NCBI GenBank assembly: GCA_024679065.1
Contig: JAGIQG010000014.1
Coordinates: 30,690,001 to 30,754,000 of the forward strand
Length of the DNA stretch: 64,000 nt
DNA from: Sphyrna mokarran
Lineage: Eukaryota
Reading direction: 5' to 3'
The position numbers were made by a program, and so were the translations under genes. The notes beneath the pieces are model-generated. The model did not search any database. It worked only from the letters and a program-made list of their open reading frames with translations, and had not been told where the DNA came from. This document shows, piece by piece, positions 34,570 through 48,987 of the stretch (positions are counted from its first letter, which is position 1; the number at the start of each line of letters is the position of its first letter).

Positions 34570-35400
34570 GATTTGATTTTGATTTTGATTTATTATTGTC
34601 ACATGTATTAGCAGTGAAAAGTTGTTTCTTGTGCACTATATAAAGCATATCATACATAGAGAAGGAAAGGAAACAGTGGAGAATATAATGTTACAGTCAT
34701 AGCTAGAATGTGGAGAAAGATCAACTTAGTGCAAGATAGATCCATTTAAAATCTGATAACAGCAGGGAAGAAGCTGTTCTTGAGTCAGTTGGTACATGAT
34801 TTCACACTTTTATATCACTTTCCCAATGGAAGAAGATGGAAGAGATTATGTCCAGGATGCGTGGGGTCCTGATTATGCTGGCTGCTTTTCCGAGGCAGTG
34901 GAAAATATCAACAGTGTCAATGCACGGGAGGCTCATTTGAGAAATGGACTGGGCTTCATTCACGATCCTTTGTAATTTTTTGTACTCTTGGATAAAGCAG
35001 GATTCGTACAAACTGTAACATAACCAGAAAGAATACTTCCAATGCTGTATCTGAAGAAGTTGGTGAGAGTTGTAGCAGACATGCCTAATTTCCTTAGTTC
35101 CTGAGAAAATAGAGGCATTGGTGGGCTTTCTTAACTGTAGTGTCTGTATGGAGGGACTAGGACAAGATGTTGGTGATCCAGACACTTAAAAACTTCAAGT
35201 TCTCAACCACTTCTATTTTGGCTCCATTGATGTTGACAGGGGCGTGGCCTATACTATGCTTCTTGAAGTTGATGTCTTGTTATTGTTTGAGATCCAACCC
35301 ACAATGGTGGTGTCATCAGCAAATTTGAAAATTGAGCTCGAAAGGAATTTGGCCACACAGTCAGAAGTATATAAGAGTCTGAAGACACACTAGTGTTGAG
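34570..35400 (-). mobile_element. Rex1-like LINE 3' part
   Basis: ORF 34802-35185(-) KKLQRIVNEAQSI; (TTTGA)n tail at 34570. Confidence 0.85.
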
Positions 35401-36739
35401 ATGGGATGGCAAACAATGCACGGAGGTCAATAACCATAGAATCCATAGAATTTCTGCAGTGCAGAAGGAGCATATTACCCAGCCCACCTACAGTAGCTGC
35501 CATAGAAACTTTGATCCAGGAGAGTGTTCCCTCACAGTAGCCCTTTGTGATATCCATCTGTGGCTATGCAAGAGGGAGGCCAGCCAGCTCCATCTCACTC
35601 AACTGTCCCTTCTTTTCAAGCCAGAGGCCCTCAGACACTCATAGTGGGGAGGATCAACATGGGTCATGCTTGCAGGTGGCTCCAGAAGTGTCTATCTGAA
35701 CCCAATCCCCTCTTTCCATGACCCCATCAGGTGCATCCCCAGAGTTCGATGAGGAACACCAGCCTCACAGCAAGACACCTAAAATAGGCTGGTCCCCTCC
35801 AGCTCTAAGCCCTCCAGAGTATGCCCGTTGAGGTCATCACTGACAACAGGATGAGGTAGAAAGCAGTTTGTTGAGGAAGCACCTAGACATAGCGGTAGGA
35901 TTAGGAAATCTATGAAATATTAGGAATAAGATAATGGTACAGGTATTAACCACATGCTTATAATGTTCACTAATATAAATACAATATATTTCACATCTAC
36001 TCTATTGTATGCCTCCTTTTTCTCACAATCTGTGCCACTGTCAAACAGATGTGCCACCATAGTCCCTCCCTCCACTTATTGCTGATGTCACTATCATGCA
36101 CCTCTTGACTATGTTGCCTATTTTGAGTGCCCATTTACACTTCATTCCCAATGTCAATGAAGGTTTTCTCGTGGGACAACCTGGTTCACATACTTTGCTG
36201 GGTGTTTCCCGTGGATGAATATTTAATGACTCTGCAGCAGATGATACCATGTAAAAACCTGCCAATGCAGCCAGCAGGAATCCCACCATTTTCACGTTTG
36301 CCAGTTTCATTGCTATTCCTTGCCAGTCAACATTGAAGATGATATGTACTCTCAGCTCATCTGCTTTCAAGAATAATCAAGGCCTAGAAGGAGAAATGTT
36401 GACAGAGATAGAGCAGGTTATGTATCTTGGAACTCCAAGTATTCTCTGCACTGTGGCACAAGGTTGCTTCCCCTTGAGACCAGAACTAGGGGACAAGTGT
36501 AAAAGTAAGGAGTTTCACATTTAATACAGAGATTAAAATATTTCCTTTCTTTTTCAGAAGGCTTTTAGCACTCTGTTCCCTAGAAAGTGGTAGAGGCAGG
36601 GTCATTGAATATTTTTGAGATAGAAATAAATAGATTCCTGGCTTAAATGGGAGTCAAAAATTATTGAGGCCAGGCTGAATGTGGAGCAAAAGGGGCATGA
36701 AAAAGATGGGTGGGGGGAGGGATATGGTGAGGCCATATG

Positions 36740-39215
36740 GATTGAGCTCAGGAATATCAAAGTGGCAGCCACACAGCTACGACTGTACTAAATAATAGAA
36801 GGGTGTTCAAAGAGCAAATATGTAGATAGATTTTTGAATGCAAAAATAATAGGGCAGTAATTGTTGGTGTCTTCAACTATCTGGATATCAATTGGGATGT
36901 GAATAGTGTGAAGGACACAGAGGGTGCAAAACGTTTGGGCTGCATTCAAGATTTTTTCACCACTATGTTACAGGCCCAATGAGAGGACGCAACTCCAGAT
37001 TTAGTCTTGGGGAATTAAGTTGGGCAAATGGATGATGTAGCAGTGGGAGATCATTAATGGAGAGAGTGTCCATAATGTATTTAGGAAAAGGACAAAGATA
37101 GAACAGGAGTAAAAGTTCTGAACTGGGGAGTGGGAATTGGGGATGGGGGATGGGGGGTGGGGGGTGGGAGAGAAATTTTACAAAGCTGAGGGGTGAGCTG
37201 GCAAGTGTTGACTGAATTATTGGAAGGAAAAATGTCAAATCAGTGGGAGGCATTCAAAGGAGAGGTGACAAGGGCACAGTGTAGACATGTTATCACAAAG
37301 AAATCTAGAGCTCATTGGCTATCCAAAATAGAGCAGATTAACCATGATTCTATTAAATGGCAGAGCAGGCCTACTCCTGTGTCTATTTTTTATGGTCTTA
37401 TGATCTCATAAAGAAACTTTATGACAATCACAAAAGACTTATTACTATAGAAACCCTAGAGGAGTATGGAAGGTACAGGTTTGAAGTAAAAATGGAAATT
37501 AAGAAAGCAAAGAGAGGATACAAAAAAAAAGATAAAAATCAAAGAAAATCATAAAATGTTTTACTAATACAGTAGCAGCAAGAGAATAACTCAGGAAAAG
37601 GTAGGGCATATTAGCAACGTACATGGTAATTTGTGGATTGATTCCGAAAATGGAAGCAGGTTTCCCAATGAGTACTTAGTCTCTGTCTTCACTAAGGAGA
37701 GGGATGATTCACATTCTAATTAAAGAAGAAGATATGACCTATTAGATAAAGTAAACATAGTAAGGAGGAAGTAATGGAGGGACTGGCATCCTTGATAAAT
37801 CACCACAGCCAGATGGACCGCATCCCAGATTGTTGAAAGAAGCCAGGGAGGAAATGGTGGATGGTTTGAGAATCATTTTCTAATCGTCAATATATACAGG
37901 TGTGATCCCAGAGGAGCTCTGTGAGTGATATACCGTTACTTAAAAAGATGTGAGGGATTGACCAGAGAACATTAGTCAGTCTGACTTCAGTGATGGGCAA
38001 ATTATTGGAAACAATTCTCAGAGATAGGATAAACTGTTACTGAGAAAGCAATTAATTGATCAGGCATAGTCTGCATTACTTTGTTAAAGGAATTTTGTGT
38101 CTTATTAACTTAATAGAATTTTTTGATAAAGTAACAATGAGGTTTGATGTAGGTATTTTCTACATGGATTCCATAAGGCATTTGACAAAGTCCCACATGG
38201 TAGACTAGTCAGAAAAGTGAGATTTCATGGGATACAGGTGAAGGTGACAGTTTTGGGGAAAAAATGTAATGGCCATTGGATGTTTTTACAAATGGAAAAT
38301 AGTTTCCGGTGGAATTCTACAAGTCTCAGTCTTGGGGTCTTTGCTGCTTGTTGCATATATTAATTATTTAGATTTAAATGTGGGAGGCATAGTTGGGAAA
38401 TCTGCCAAAGAACAAAGATTGGCTGTGTATAAGATAATGAGGAGAATAGTTGAAGACACCAGAAGGATGTCAATGATTTGATTGGGTGGGCAGTGAAATA
38501 CCAAATGGAATGCATCCAGAAATATATGAGGTAATGTATTTGGGAAGGGCAAACAAAGCGAGGGAATACTAAGTCAAGAAGGATATTGAGAAGAGTTGAG
38601 GAAATGAGAGACATTTAAATTCGTGTTCCTTGAGGTGACAGGACAGGTGTACAAGGTAATCAACAATGCAAATAGAGTGCTTTCATTTCTGGGCAGAGTG
38701 TTGAATACAAAAGGAAAGATGTAATGATGGTTAAGCCACAGCAGAGATTTTGTTTGCAGTTCTGATCATCATATTACAAGAAGAACATAATTGCTCTGGA
38801 AAGGGTACACAAGAGGTCGACAAAAATGTTAGGGACTGAAAATTGTAGTTATGAGAATAGGCTAGGATTGTTTTCCTCAGAGAGAGGCAGAGGGTTGACC
38901 TAACTGAAGTTTAAAAAATTCTAAGGGGCCTAGGCAGGATGGACAGGAAAATGTGTTTCCCCTAGCTGAGTAGAAGGATTAGAGGGACATGAGGAAAAAC
39001 ATTTTCATCCAGATGACTGTGGCCATCTGAAATTCATTGTCTGGTGGGTTGAGATTGAAAGGTATCTGGATCGGCAGTGAAGTATTGAATTATGAAAGAT
39101 TGCAGATCTGATGCTAGGATTAAACTGAGTAGTTAGCTTCTTTTTCCTATTTTCTGGCTGATGACACAATGGGCTGAATGGCCTCTTTCTGCACTTTTCT
39201 ATGGTTCTATGTTTC
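36740..39215 (+). mobile_element. Decayed CR1 ORF2 (endonuclease through tail)
   Basis: VIVGVFNY, YMDFHKAFDKVPHGRL, SVLGSLLL, tail TGGGCTGAATGGCCT..TTCTATGGTTCTATG. Confidence 0.8.
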
Positions 39216-39717
39216 CAGCTGATAAGCAAATACTTCCATATTATCTACATTGTTAACAACCTTAAGGATTTTATGTTTCAATTAAATTGCCTCTCATCCT
39301 TCTAAACTCCACAGAATAAAGGCTTATTCTATTCAATCTCTCCATCTGAGATAACCTTTGCATCCCAGGAATGCTCATTACACATCCTCCAGGATATGTT
39401 CTTACTGCGCACAGTATGCAACATGTGGCCTCATCTATGCCCTCTATAAATGTATTAAGACTTCTTTACTCAAATTCCTTTTCTCAGAGTGGTGAAAGCT
39501 ACAAGGAGAAATAAGCTTTAATATTGAGAGTTTTGGTAGAGTAAGTAAAGGGAAACTATTTTCATTTCCTGAAGATCTGATAATAGAGGGCATTGATTAA
39601 AAGGTGATTAACAAAAGAACATTTTAACACAGTGAGTGGTTGATATGGTGGTGGATATGTTAATAGACATCGATTTAACTACAGTCTTCAATAGCGAATT
39701 GGATAAAAACAAACATT

Positions 39718-40070
39718 GAGGCAGCACAGTGGTCAGTGATGCTACCTCACAGCTCTGGGATCTGGTTTGATTCCAGCTTTGATTAACTGTCCGTGTGAAG
39801 TTTACACAGTCTCCCTGTTTTTGTGTGAGTTTCTGGGTACTCCAGTTTCCTCCCATTGTGCAAAGATGTACAGATTAGGTGGATTGACCATACTAAATTA
39901 CCTCTTAATGTTCCAAGATTTGTAGGTTAGATGGATTAGTCATGTGAAATGTGTGGGGTTATGGGCATAGGGCACTGGGAGAAGGCATGGGTAAGATAGT
40001 CAGAGAGTCAGTACAGACTTGATGGGCTGAATGGCCTCTTCTGCATTCTCGGGATCACTGATTCCATAGA
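39718..40070 (+). mobile_element. HE1-like V-SINE
   Basis: Head, core, tail. Confidence 0.8.
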
Positions 40071-41206
40071 CTTAAAGGAGAAAAAATTGCATTCAAACCT
40101 CTGTTCACATTGGTGTGACTGGATGATCTGTCAGTGTGATTAGCTGGAAAATTCTGACCAATGAACAGTTTCTTTCTGCTTTTTGTGCTGTAATGTTTCA
40201 TAACCATTTTTTAGAAAAATCTGGGATGTTCATAGTAGCCTGTATTTGTAAATGATGGATATCTTTTTCTCTGCAATTATTTGTTAAGTAATTCTCCCTT
40301 AGCAAACATTATAGGTCAAATTTTTCTAAAAAGTCATGCCCTCTGAGGGAATCATAGTGAGTGAGACAGAAAATTCAGTGGACCATTTAAAGGTCTGTTG
40401 AGCTTGAGTGGGAATTTCCAGTCTTGCGGTGCAGGCGCTTGGAGAATCCTGCCCTAAATATTATTTTGTCTGAGAAAGCCGGTATGGTTAATGCTGGCAT
40501 GTCCGGTGTGAATCAGCTCGTAATTTTCGCAAATTATTTCTGAGAGAGGCAGGGCCTAAACAAGGTGGCAAGCCAAGCTTCACAGAGATCGGGCATTTTT
40601 GTTAAAAGGTGTCCCGATCTCAAAGTGAATTTAAGATCTCCCTCTGCCCTATCAGGTATTCCCTCCTACATCAAAAGCATGTTTTCCCACCCTTCCTCCC
40701 CAACAAAGATCGCTCTCATCGGGCCCTCACATCATGCCCCCAACTTTCATGCCCCCCCATGTGCCCCACCCCCAAGCCCGACTCCCACTCAAGCCCCACC
40801 CTTTAGCACTGTCCCTGGCATCCTGGCAGTACACATCTGATAGTACCAACCTGACAGTACCAACATGGCAGTGCCAGCATGCCAGTTGGCACTACTGGGT
40901 TGTAACTGCCAGAATGCCAGGTGGGCTCTGCCAGGTTTGCATTGCTGGTTGGGAACTGGCCAACCATGTTCTCGACCACTCAGGGGCTTCAATGACATCT
41001 GAACCCCCCAGTGTGGCCATCACGCTTGGCCTCCTTTCTTGGTGATTCTTGCTGGGTTCCCACTGCACCAGAGGGACAGAGAATCCTGGGAGCACAGAGA
41101 ATCTGACCTCAAGTAACTCATCAGATTTAAATACTTATTTCAATCTGCTAATCTGCTTCCCACCCTTACTGGGTGAGAACCAGATTACATTTGGGTGCAG
41201 TGACTT

Positions 41207-43320
41207 GAACATTAGAACATAGAACATTACAGTGCAGTACAGACCCTTCGGCCCTCGATGTTGCGCCGACCAATGGAACCAATCTTATGACCCTCTAACC
41301 TAAACTATTTCAATGCTATCCATATGCCTATCCACTGACCATTTGAACGTCCTTAAACTTGGCGAATCCACAACTGCTGCAGGCAGGGCATTCCATGCCC
41401 TTCCTACCCTCTGAGTAAAGAACCCACCTCTAACATCCGTCCTATAACTACCACTTCTTAATTTAAAGCTATATCTCCTCCATCCAAGGAAAAAGGCTCT
41501 CACTGTCCACCCTATCTAACCCTCTAATCATCTTATATGCCTCAATTAGGTCATCTCTTAGCCTTCTTCTCTCTAATGAAAATATCCTCAAATCCCTTAA
41601 CCTTTCCTCATAAAGACCTACCCACCATACCAGGCAACACCCTGGTAAACCTCCTCTGCACCCTTTCCAATGCCTCCACATCTTTCTTATAATGTGGCGA
41701 CCAAAACTGTACTCAAAACTCCAAGTGCGGCCGCACCAGAGTTTTGTACAGTTGCAACATGACATCTCAGCTTCGAAATTCAGTCCCTCTACCAATAAAA
41801 GCTAACACACTGTACGCCTTCTTAACAACCTTATCAACTTGAGTACCAACTTTCAGGGATCTATCCACATGTACACCGAGATCTCTCTGCTCATCTACAT
41901 AGTAAGAGTCCTACCATTAGCCCTTTATTCTGTACACATATTACTCTTACCAAAGTGAATCACCTCACACTTTTCCACATTAAACTCCATTTGCCACCTT
42001 TCGGCCCAGCTCTGCAGCTTATCTATGTCCCTCTGCAAACTGTAACATCCATCCTCACTGTCTACAACTTCTCCGACTTTGGTGTCGTCAGCAAATTTAC
42101 TAACCCATCCCTCTACACCCTCATCCAGGTCATTTATAAAAATAACAAACAGCACTGGCCACAAAACAGATCCCTGAGGTACACCACTTGTAACTGAACT
42201 CCAGGTTGAATATATCCCATCAACCACCACCCTCTATCTTCTATCAGCTAGCCAATTGCTAATCCAAATTGCTAAATCACCCTCAGTCTCATGCATCTGC
42301 ATTTTCTGCAGTAGTCTTCCATGGGAACCTTATCAAATGCTTTGCTAAAATCTATATATACACCACATCAACTACCTTACCCTTATCCACCTCTTTGGTC
42401 ACCTTTTCAAAAAACATGATAAGGTTTGTGAGGCATGACCTTCCCTTCACAAAACCATGTTGACTATCCCTAATCAATCCATTTCTCTCTAAATGACTAT
42501 AAACCCTATACCTTATAATTCTTTCCAAAACTTTCCCCACAACAGAAGTAAGGCTCACCGGTCTATAATTCGCAGGATGGTCTCTACTCCCCTTCTTAAA
42601 CAAGGGGACAACATTTGCCATCCTCCAGTCTTCCGGCACTGTACCTGTATCCAACAACGACATGAAGATCAAAGCCAAAGGCCCTGCAATCTCCTCTCTA
42701 GCCTCCCAGAAAACCCTGGGATAAATCCCATCCGGCCCAGGGGACTTAGCTATTTTCATACTCTCAAGAATTGCTGACACCTTCTCCTTATGTACTTCTA
42801 TCCCATCTAGTCTACAACTCCATATCCCAGTATTCTCCTCGACTACATTGACATTTTCCTGCGTGAAGACTGATGAAAAATACTTATTCAGTGACTCTCC
42901 AATCTCTTCAGGCTCCACGCACAACTTCCCACTACTGTCTCTGACTGGCCCTAATCTTGGCCTAACCAATCTTTTATTCTGAACGTATCTATAGAAAGCT
43001 TTAGGGTTCTCCTTGATCCTATCCGCCAAAGTCTTCTCATGTCCTCTTCTAGCTCTTCTTAACTCACTCTTTAGCTCCCTCCTGGCTAATTTATAACTCT
43101 CCTGTGCACTAACCGAGCCTTCATGTCTCATCTTTATATAAGCTTCCTTTTTCCTTCTCACCAGAGAACCAACTTCCTTAATACACCATGGTTCCTTCAT
43201 TCTACCACTTCTTCCCTGCCTGACAGGTACATATTGATCAAGGACTCTCAGTAGCTGTTCCTTGAATAAGTTCCACATTTCAGAAGTTCCCAGCCCCTGC
43301 AGTTTCCTACTCCAACCTAT
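41207..43320 (-). mobile_element. 5'-truncated, fairly young CR1 (RT with frameshifts)
   Basis: ORFs 42352-43278, 41925-42230, 41469-41795, 41300-41503 (-) closely resemble ORF2 of 7191-11130; FADD intact. Confidence 0.92.
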
Positions 43321-45009
43321 GTATCAGATGGACTGCAACAGTGTTTTGCACCAGCACTGAATGCATTAGACCCCTCACTCATGATTCTGTGGACTTGCTC
43401 CACTCCAATATGATCTGTGCCAGATGCGCTGTGGCTGGAAAATTGTGGCTGTATATTTCTCCAACTGAAATAAAACATAAATGGTGCAGGATTATCATTC
43501 ATAAATAGAAACCTCCCAGACCCCAACCCACTCCAAATGCATGATAGTAAAAACTGTTTCTCTAAATGAATTTATTATTTTAGTTACTGAACAATTGATA
43601 GTATAGAATAAATAGATAATAGTGAAATTTTAGTTAACGTATTGTATTGGAGTTGCTGGGAGAGGCAAAATAAAATGCATGATTGACGCGGATAGTTATG
43701 AATGGAACCAGAAACTAGATGATTTAGGAGAAACATTGAAGGAAGATAGCATGCTTAACATATCAGTTCCTGACAGATAAGAACAGCAATTAATAATGTA
43801 CAAGGGTTAGACTCACATTGTCAACTGTTCTTGATACTGGTTTGTGCTGTTTACAAAAAAGTTGGTGCTTCACAGTGAGGTGACTGTGACCAAAAGATAA
43901 ACTCAAGTACCTTAGTGTGGATAGGTAAGTTGAAGGCAGGGCACCAATGAACAAATGTAGATGGGGGTCAAAGATCAGTGTTTTGGCAGAGGTGATGACA
44001 TAGTTTTGAAGGAAGTAGACATTACAAAGACAGGAAAATTTGAAAATATCAGTCAGTGAAGAAGGTATGAAAAGGAAGTTAAATTGGAAAGGAATTGAAG
44101 GAATAATTAATAGTTCTCTGCAAAAAAAGAACTTGGAAAGATGAGTTTAGGTTTTGAGTTGTTAGGAGACATTTGGGTTGGACCATGTGCCTATTATGAT
44201 GAAGGAATGCACCTAGTGAGGGCAACTGCAGTCCTGATCTTGATGATGAGATTGAGATATTGAAAGATTTTTGCAAGATAAGGGTGTCAAGAGTTCTGGA
44301 AGAAAAGCAGAATTGATCTACAGATCAATTACAATCTCCATAGCAGATAGGCTGCCAGGAACACGATTTGCTCATGGTTCAAAGAAGAAATGTAGGAGCT
44401 ACTCAAATTTAGTATTTCAGGTATGGATAGGAAGAGACAGAGAAGAGGGGTTTAAGGAACTGGCTGGCTCCTTGAAAAAGTGAACCTGGGGCTATCCCTG
44501 ACATTGTGACCACGATTACTGACAGCTCTTTGATGCCTCAATAGACTGGCTGTTACAATGTGTACTATGCAGCTTTAAATCTTGGAGGCATTACATTTGA
44601 AATGATGCTGTCTTTATCAAATATCCTCACAAATACACTTCTAAAAAGAAAGGAAGATTCCTCTAATAATTAGAAATCATCCCTCCTGAGCCTGGGGATA
44701 GGAGACAATTGTAGCTTTTTCATTGTCCCCCATACTGACGAACACAGAACAGAACAAGGATTGAATTTTTGACTCTGCTGGCCTGTATTCTAAGTGCCAT
44801 TACCAGAGATAATTGCAGTTTAGTGAAGAGTGCTCACCCTGAGTAGAAATTGACTGATTAATAAGTGTAAAATTATGATAATATTTGACATCTGAGGGTG
44901 ATTTTTATCACTTACCTGCAAATTTACTTCTCATGGGAATGGTTTTACATCAGCATATCTCATTCTGTTTTTTCCATGACATTTCACATTCTTGCTAAAT
45001 CCACAATTA

Positions 45010-45430
45010 TACTACCATAAGGTGCAGGAGGAGGCCACAATTGTGCACTGACCACAAATGGCACTTAGACTCTATCCCCATAACCCCATGTATTTACCCT
45101 AAATAGTCCCCCTGAAATTAAGGGCAGTTTGGCATGCTAATCAACCCGACATGCATGTGTTTAGAGGGTGGGAAGAAATCGGGGCACCTAGAGGTTTAGC
45201 ATTATGCCATATATGACATAGAATGATAGAATCACAGAATCACAACGGAACAGAAGAGGATTTTCAGCCCAAAGCCTGCAGCAACTCTGACAGCATGTCT
45301 TATCCAGGCCCTTTTCCCTGCCCTAATGTCATAACCCCGCACATTTACCATGGCTAATCCATCTAACCTGCTCATCTTTGGAGGAAACACACATCTATGG
45401 GGAAAATGTGCAAACTTCACAAAAACAGTC
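45010..45430 (-). mobile_element. Two partial HE1-like V-SINEs
   Basis: Antisense cores and tails at ~45010-45195 and ~45225-45430. Confidence 0.7.
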
Positions 45431-45585
45431 ATACTTGGTCATGATTATTAAAGTGTTGTGTAAGTTATAAACAATGTTGTTTTCATAGTCACTCCACATA
45501 TCAATTTAATAGAGTTTTCGCAAAAATTATTGGGTCATATTGAAATTATTTTCATAAAAGTATCTCAGGAGATTGTGACACTTGA

Positions 45586-46760
45586 GTCTAGAAATTCATT
45601 AGCTCCCAAAAACTTCATGCTGCTTGCTAATTTAAATGATAGAGGAGTGCTGAAAGCCCATTTGAGCAGCTGCACACCTCAGCAGTAGGTTTAAATTTGT
45701 CCAAAATTATTACCACTTAAAGCTAGCATGCATTAATTAAAACCAATTTACATATCTTAAACAAAAGATGAACTGTGGTTGCAGCAGATACAGGAGATCA
45801 TTGGAGTAGAATGTCTAATCTACAGGATGAATGAATGACACAACATGGCAGAGTGTGGGCTCCCAGATTTTCTGATACAGCACTAATGGTCTTGGTGCAG
45901 CAATTGAACAGGAGCGAAGATGGCCTGTGTACATATACAACCTGAGACAGTAGCAGGCTATCAGCTTGTCCTGGAAAAGATAAGAAAGTGCATCAGTGAG
46001 TATGTTGCAATGTGCTAAGTTGATATAGTATGGTTGTCATTTTTGAACAACTGGCAGTATATGCACACTGTGAGATATAGGTGTTAGGCTTGCAGGAGTG
46101 GTAATTATGAGTAGCTAAGATGAAGCCATGAATGCAAATTATTAGCCATATTTATGAGGATTGATATTGAATAAGTGTTGGGATATGGTGAATTGAACAA
46201 TGTGAGAATCTGCTGGTGCAATTAGTAGGATATGGTATTCAAATATGAGTTCATTGATGCTGATGACATTATGCAAGATCATTAAACCTACTGCTGCTTT
46301 GCATTCAGGGCCTTGGAGTGATATTGTACTGACTCCATTAACTATGTGCTCTCATTCCCTTCTGTTTGCTCTGTGAATAGCTCTTGACAGTTACTAGTAT
46401 AGTAACCATTCACCACATGATGTACAAAGCATGGTTGCACAGCAACTGCACATTGATTGAATGGTAACCTTTATGGTTGAATTTTAGCATTGAGATGTGA
46501 TGCCCACAAAGTTATCCATGTATATACGCACCCTCTGGAAGCCCACTATCCTACCAAAGCTCTGCCTGCTTCTCTCTATTAAAAGAGATTGTTAATACTC
46601 TCACTATATTCAGTGTGGGCTACACTGGAAGTGTTTTTTACACACGGCAGATGCCAATTTGGTACCAAATTAATAATTGCAGTGCTACAATTAGAGATGC
46701 TATAGACCCCAAATTTGATGCCTTTATGCCTTTCCCTGAAATAAATTAATTGCAGGCAAA
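45586..46760. mobile_element. PIF/Harbinger transposon relic (Myb/SANT gene +, DDE transposase -)
   Basis: Plus ~45850 APRFSDTALMVLVQQL; minus 46570-46410 EKQAE..FGRIVGFQRV and FNHKGYHSINVQLLCNH. Confidence 0.65.
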
Positions 46761-46959
46761 GATGCAATGACCTTCTCAACAGTTACCTTCATAAACAGTA
46801 TAGAAATACTCATTGCATCCCAAGGAGAGAAACTTAAAATGATTTCAAAAGGAGTAACAATTTATGCTTTGAACAGAAAGATCATGTCTAGACATTGCAA
46901 CTTTTTTGAATTAAACAAAAGCATAAGGAACATTAATTCTGTGGTGCATGCTCCATTTT

Positions 46960-47115
46960 AATACCTTGATCAATCAGAGACAAGTTGCCATCCAATCAGC
47001 ATCCTTTATTCATGTAGCATTCATTGCTCTCCCTTTTAAATTTAGCATTCTTATGTCTGCCCGATAACTGCAAGATGAAAATCTTTGACAGCATGTCTCA
47101 TCTCTTCAGCAATGC
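46960..47115 (+). mobile_element. Old Penelope-like tail with decayed hammerhead-like motif
   Basis: TGTCTGCCCGATAACTGCAAGATGAAAATCTTTGACA resembles TGTC-CTGATGA..GAAA..TC-GACA. Confidence 0.3.
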
Positions 47116-48576
47116 TGAAATATAATATTTATGCCATGTCTTGTGTGAAAATTCAAAACTATTTCTCATGATGGATTACTTTCAGAGATTAGAGACTGTA
47201 ACTGTATAAGCTTCTTTCTTTATACTGTTATGGAGAATAAAGGCCAGGAAGTCTATTTGCTAATATAAAGCAAGCTTACACCCTTTCATCTATACTAGTG
47301 ACAAGTTGTTAAGGCTAGAAACAAGCAAAAGAAACCATTCAATGAAGAAATCATTTTATTCCACATCTTTATTGTTTGGTACATTTTTATTGTGTTGTTG
47401 AAAGCTGTATCTTCTGATAAATAAGTATGCTGAGAAAGCAATGGTTATTAACGAATTACTATAAAAGCATAACTTAATGACAGAAGTGTCAAAAGTGGCA
47501 CAATGTAAGATAAAGGATTCATTTCAAACATTTCCCAAAAGATACGTGAAGGTACGAAATGATTCAGTAATGCAAGTTTTTTTTATAGACCTGAAATGTC
47601 TGCCTGATAATGTAAATATTTAATTTTAAAAGGATTTCAACTGCATAATAATTTTATAGACATTCAAATATAATGTTTTTTTTGTAATCATAATGAGAAA
47701 AGAAAATTACATTTTCAATATGCTATTTTATTACTATCATTCTTCATACCAATGAAATTAGATTATTTTACAATCCAAATCTATTTTAACCCTATGAACA
47801 CTTCAAAAATTATTCCTACTAGGACAGGAAGGGTTTAACTTAGCCTCAAATTCTCCTCAAAATACTTGTCCATAAACAGAAAGGTATTTTTGATTTTTCC
47901 CTTTAAGAGTTGGTATCTTTCCCAATCCCTCAGTTTTGACCAATTTTTTACTAATTCCAACGGCAAACTTGAAATAGTTTTTCTTTCATTTTACTCAAAA
48001 CATAGGAAAATATCAGAACCTGACCTCCAACCTTTCTTTTGCGTATATACAGAAAAACAGGGATAACGAAAAGGAAGAGGTACTGAGCAAACACCACAGA
48101 CAGAATAAAAACTATTGCTCCGACTGGATCTAGAGTCCAGAATCAAAAATCCAATGGTGTATTCCTTACAGAGTTCAGCAGGTTGAAACTGATGCTGGAC
48201 TTTTCCAGTAGACATGACTCCCAATATGAAAAGGACACATAGAGACAAGTCAGTCTTGTAGGCGCTGGTATAGAAAATCAGAAGTTCCAGCAGAAACAGC
48301 ATTAGTGGAGCCAGGTATTCAAATCTGGGCTGAGCCTCTTTTCTGAGCTACTGCTTGATTGTTGGAAGATGGCAGAATGATCAGTAGTACAGAGAGATGG
48401 TATTGCATGTTCTTCCAATAAGGAGGTTCATGACTCCCATCTGTTCAGTTTCAGCTTGACAAAGAATTTAACTGCCTTTGTCTCGATTTTTGTTTCAACC
48501 ATTGAGAGTTTGAAAGGAAATGTGCATGGTCCTTTGCCCTGGCAGTCTCTATTGTTTAAATCTGGCTTATGAAAAA

Positions 48577-48902
48577 GGCACATGGTGGCACATTGATTAT
48601 CACTGTTGCTTCAGAGTGCCAGGGATCCAGGTTCAATTCCAGCCTCAGGTCACTGTCTGTGTGGAGTTTGCACATTCTCCCTGTACCTGTGTGGACATCC
48701 TTTCAATATTCCAGTTTCCATCCACAGTCCAAAGATGTGTGGGTTAGTTTGATTGTCCATATTAAATAGACTCTATTGTCAGGGGATTAGCAGGGTAAAT
48801 ATGTGTGGTTAACAGAATAGGACCCAGGTGGGATTATGGGAGGTGCAGACTTGATGGGCCAAAAAACCTCCTTCTGTATTGTAGGGATTCTATAATTCTA
48901 TG
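48577..48902 (+). mobile_element. HE1-like V-SINE
   Basis: GGTTCAATTCC B-box, V core, tail. Confidence 0.85.
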
Positions 48903-48987
48903 AAATGTTTAATTTTTAATTCCCTATCAATTTGGTATCTGCAGTCATAGGTGTCATCAGATTCTCTTCAGAGATAATGAGTTGTTT

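Noticed and set aside
36000-36370. 109-aa minus ORF with signal-peptide-like stretch
   Set aside because: No family motif; the region looks like decayed transposon sequence
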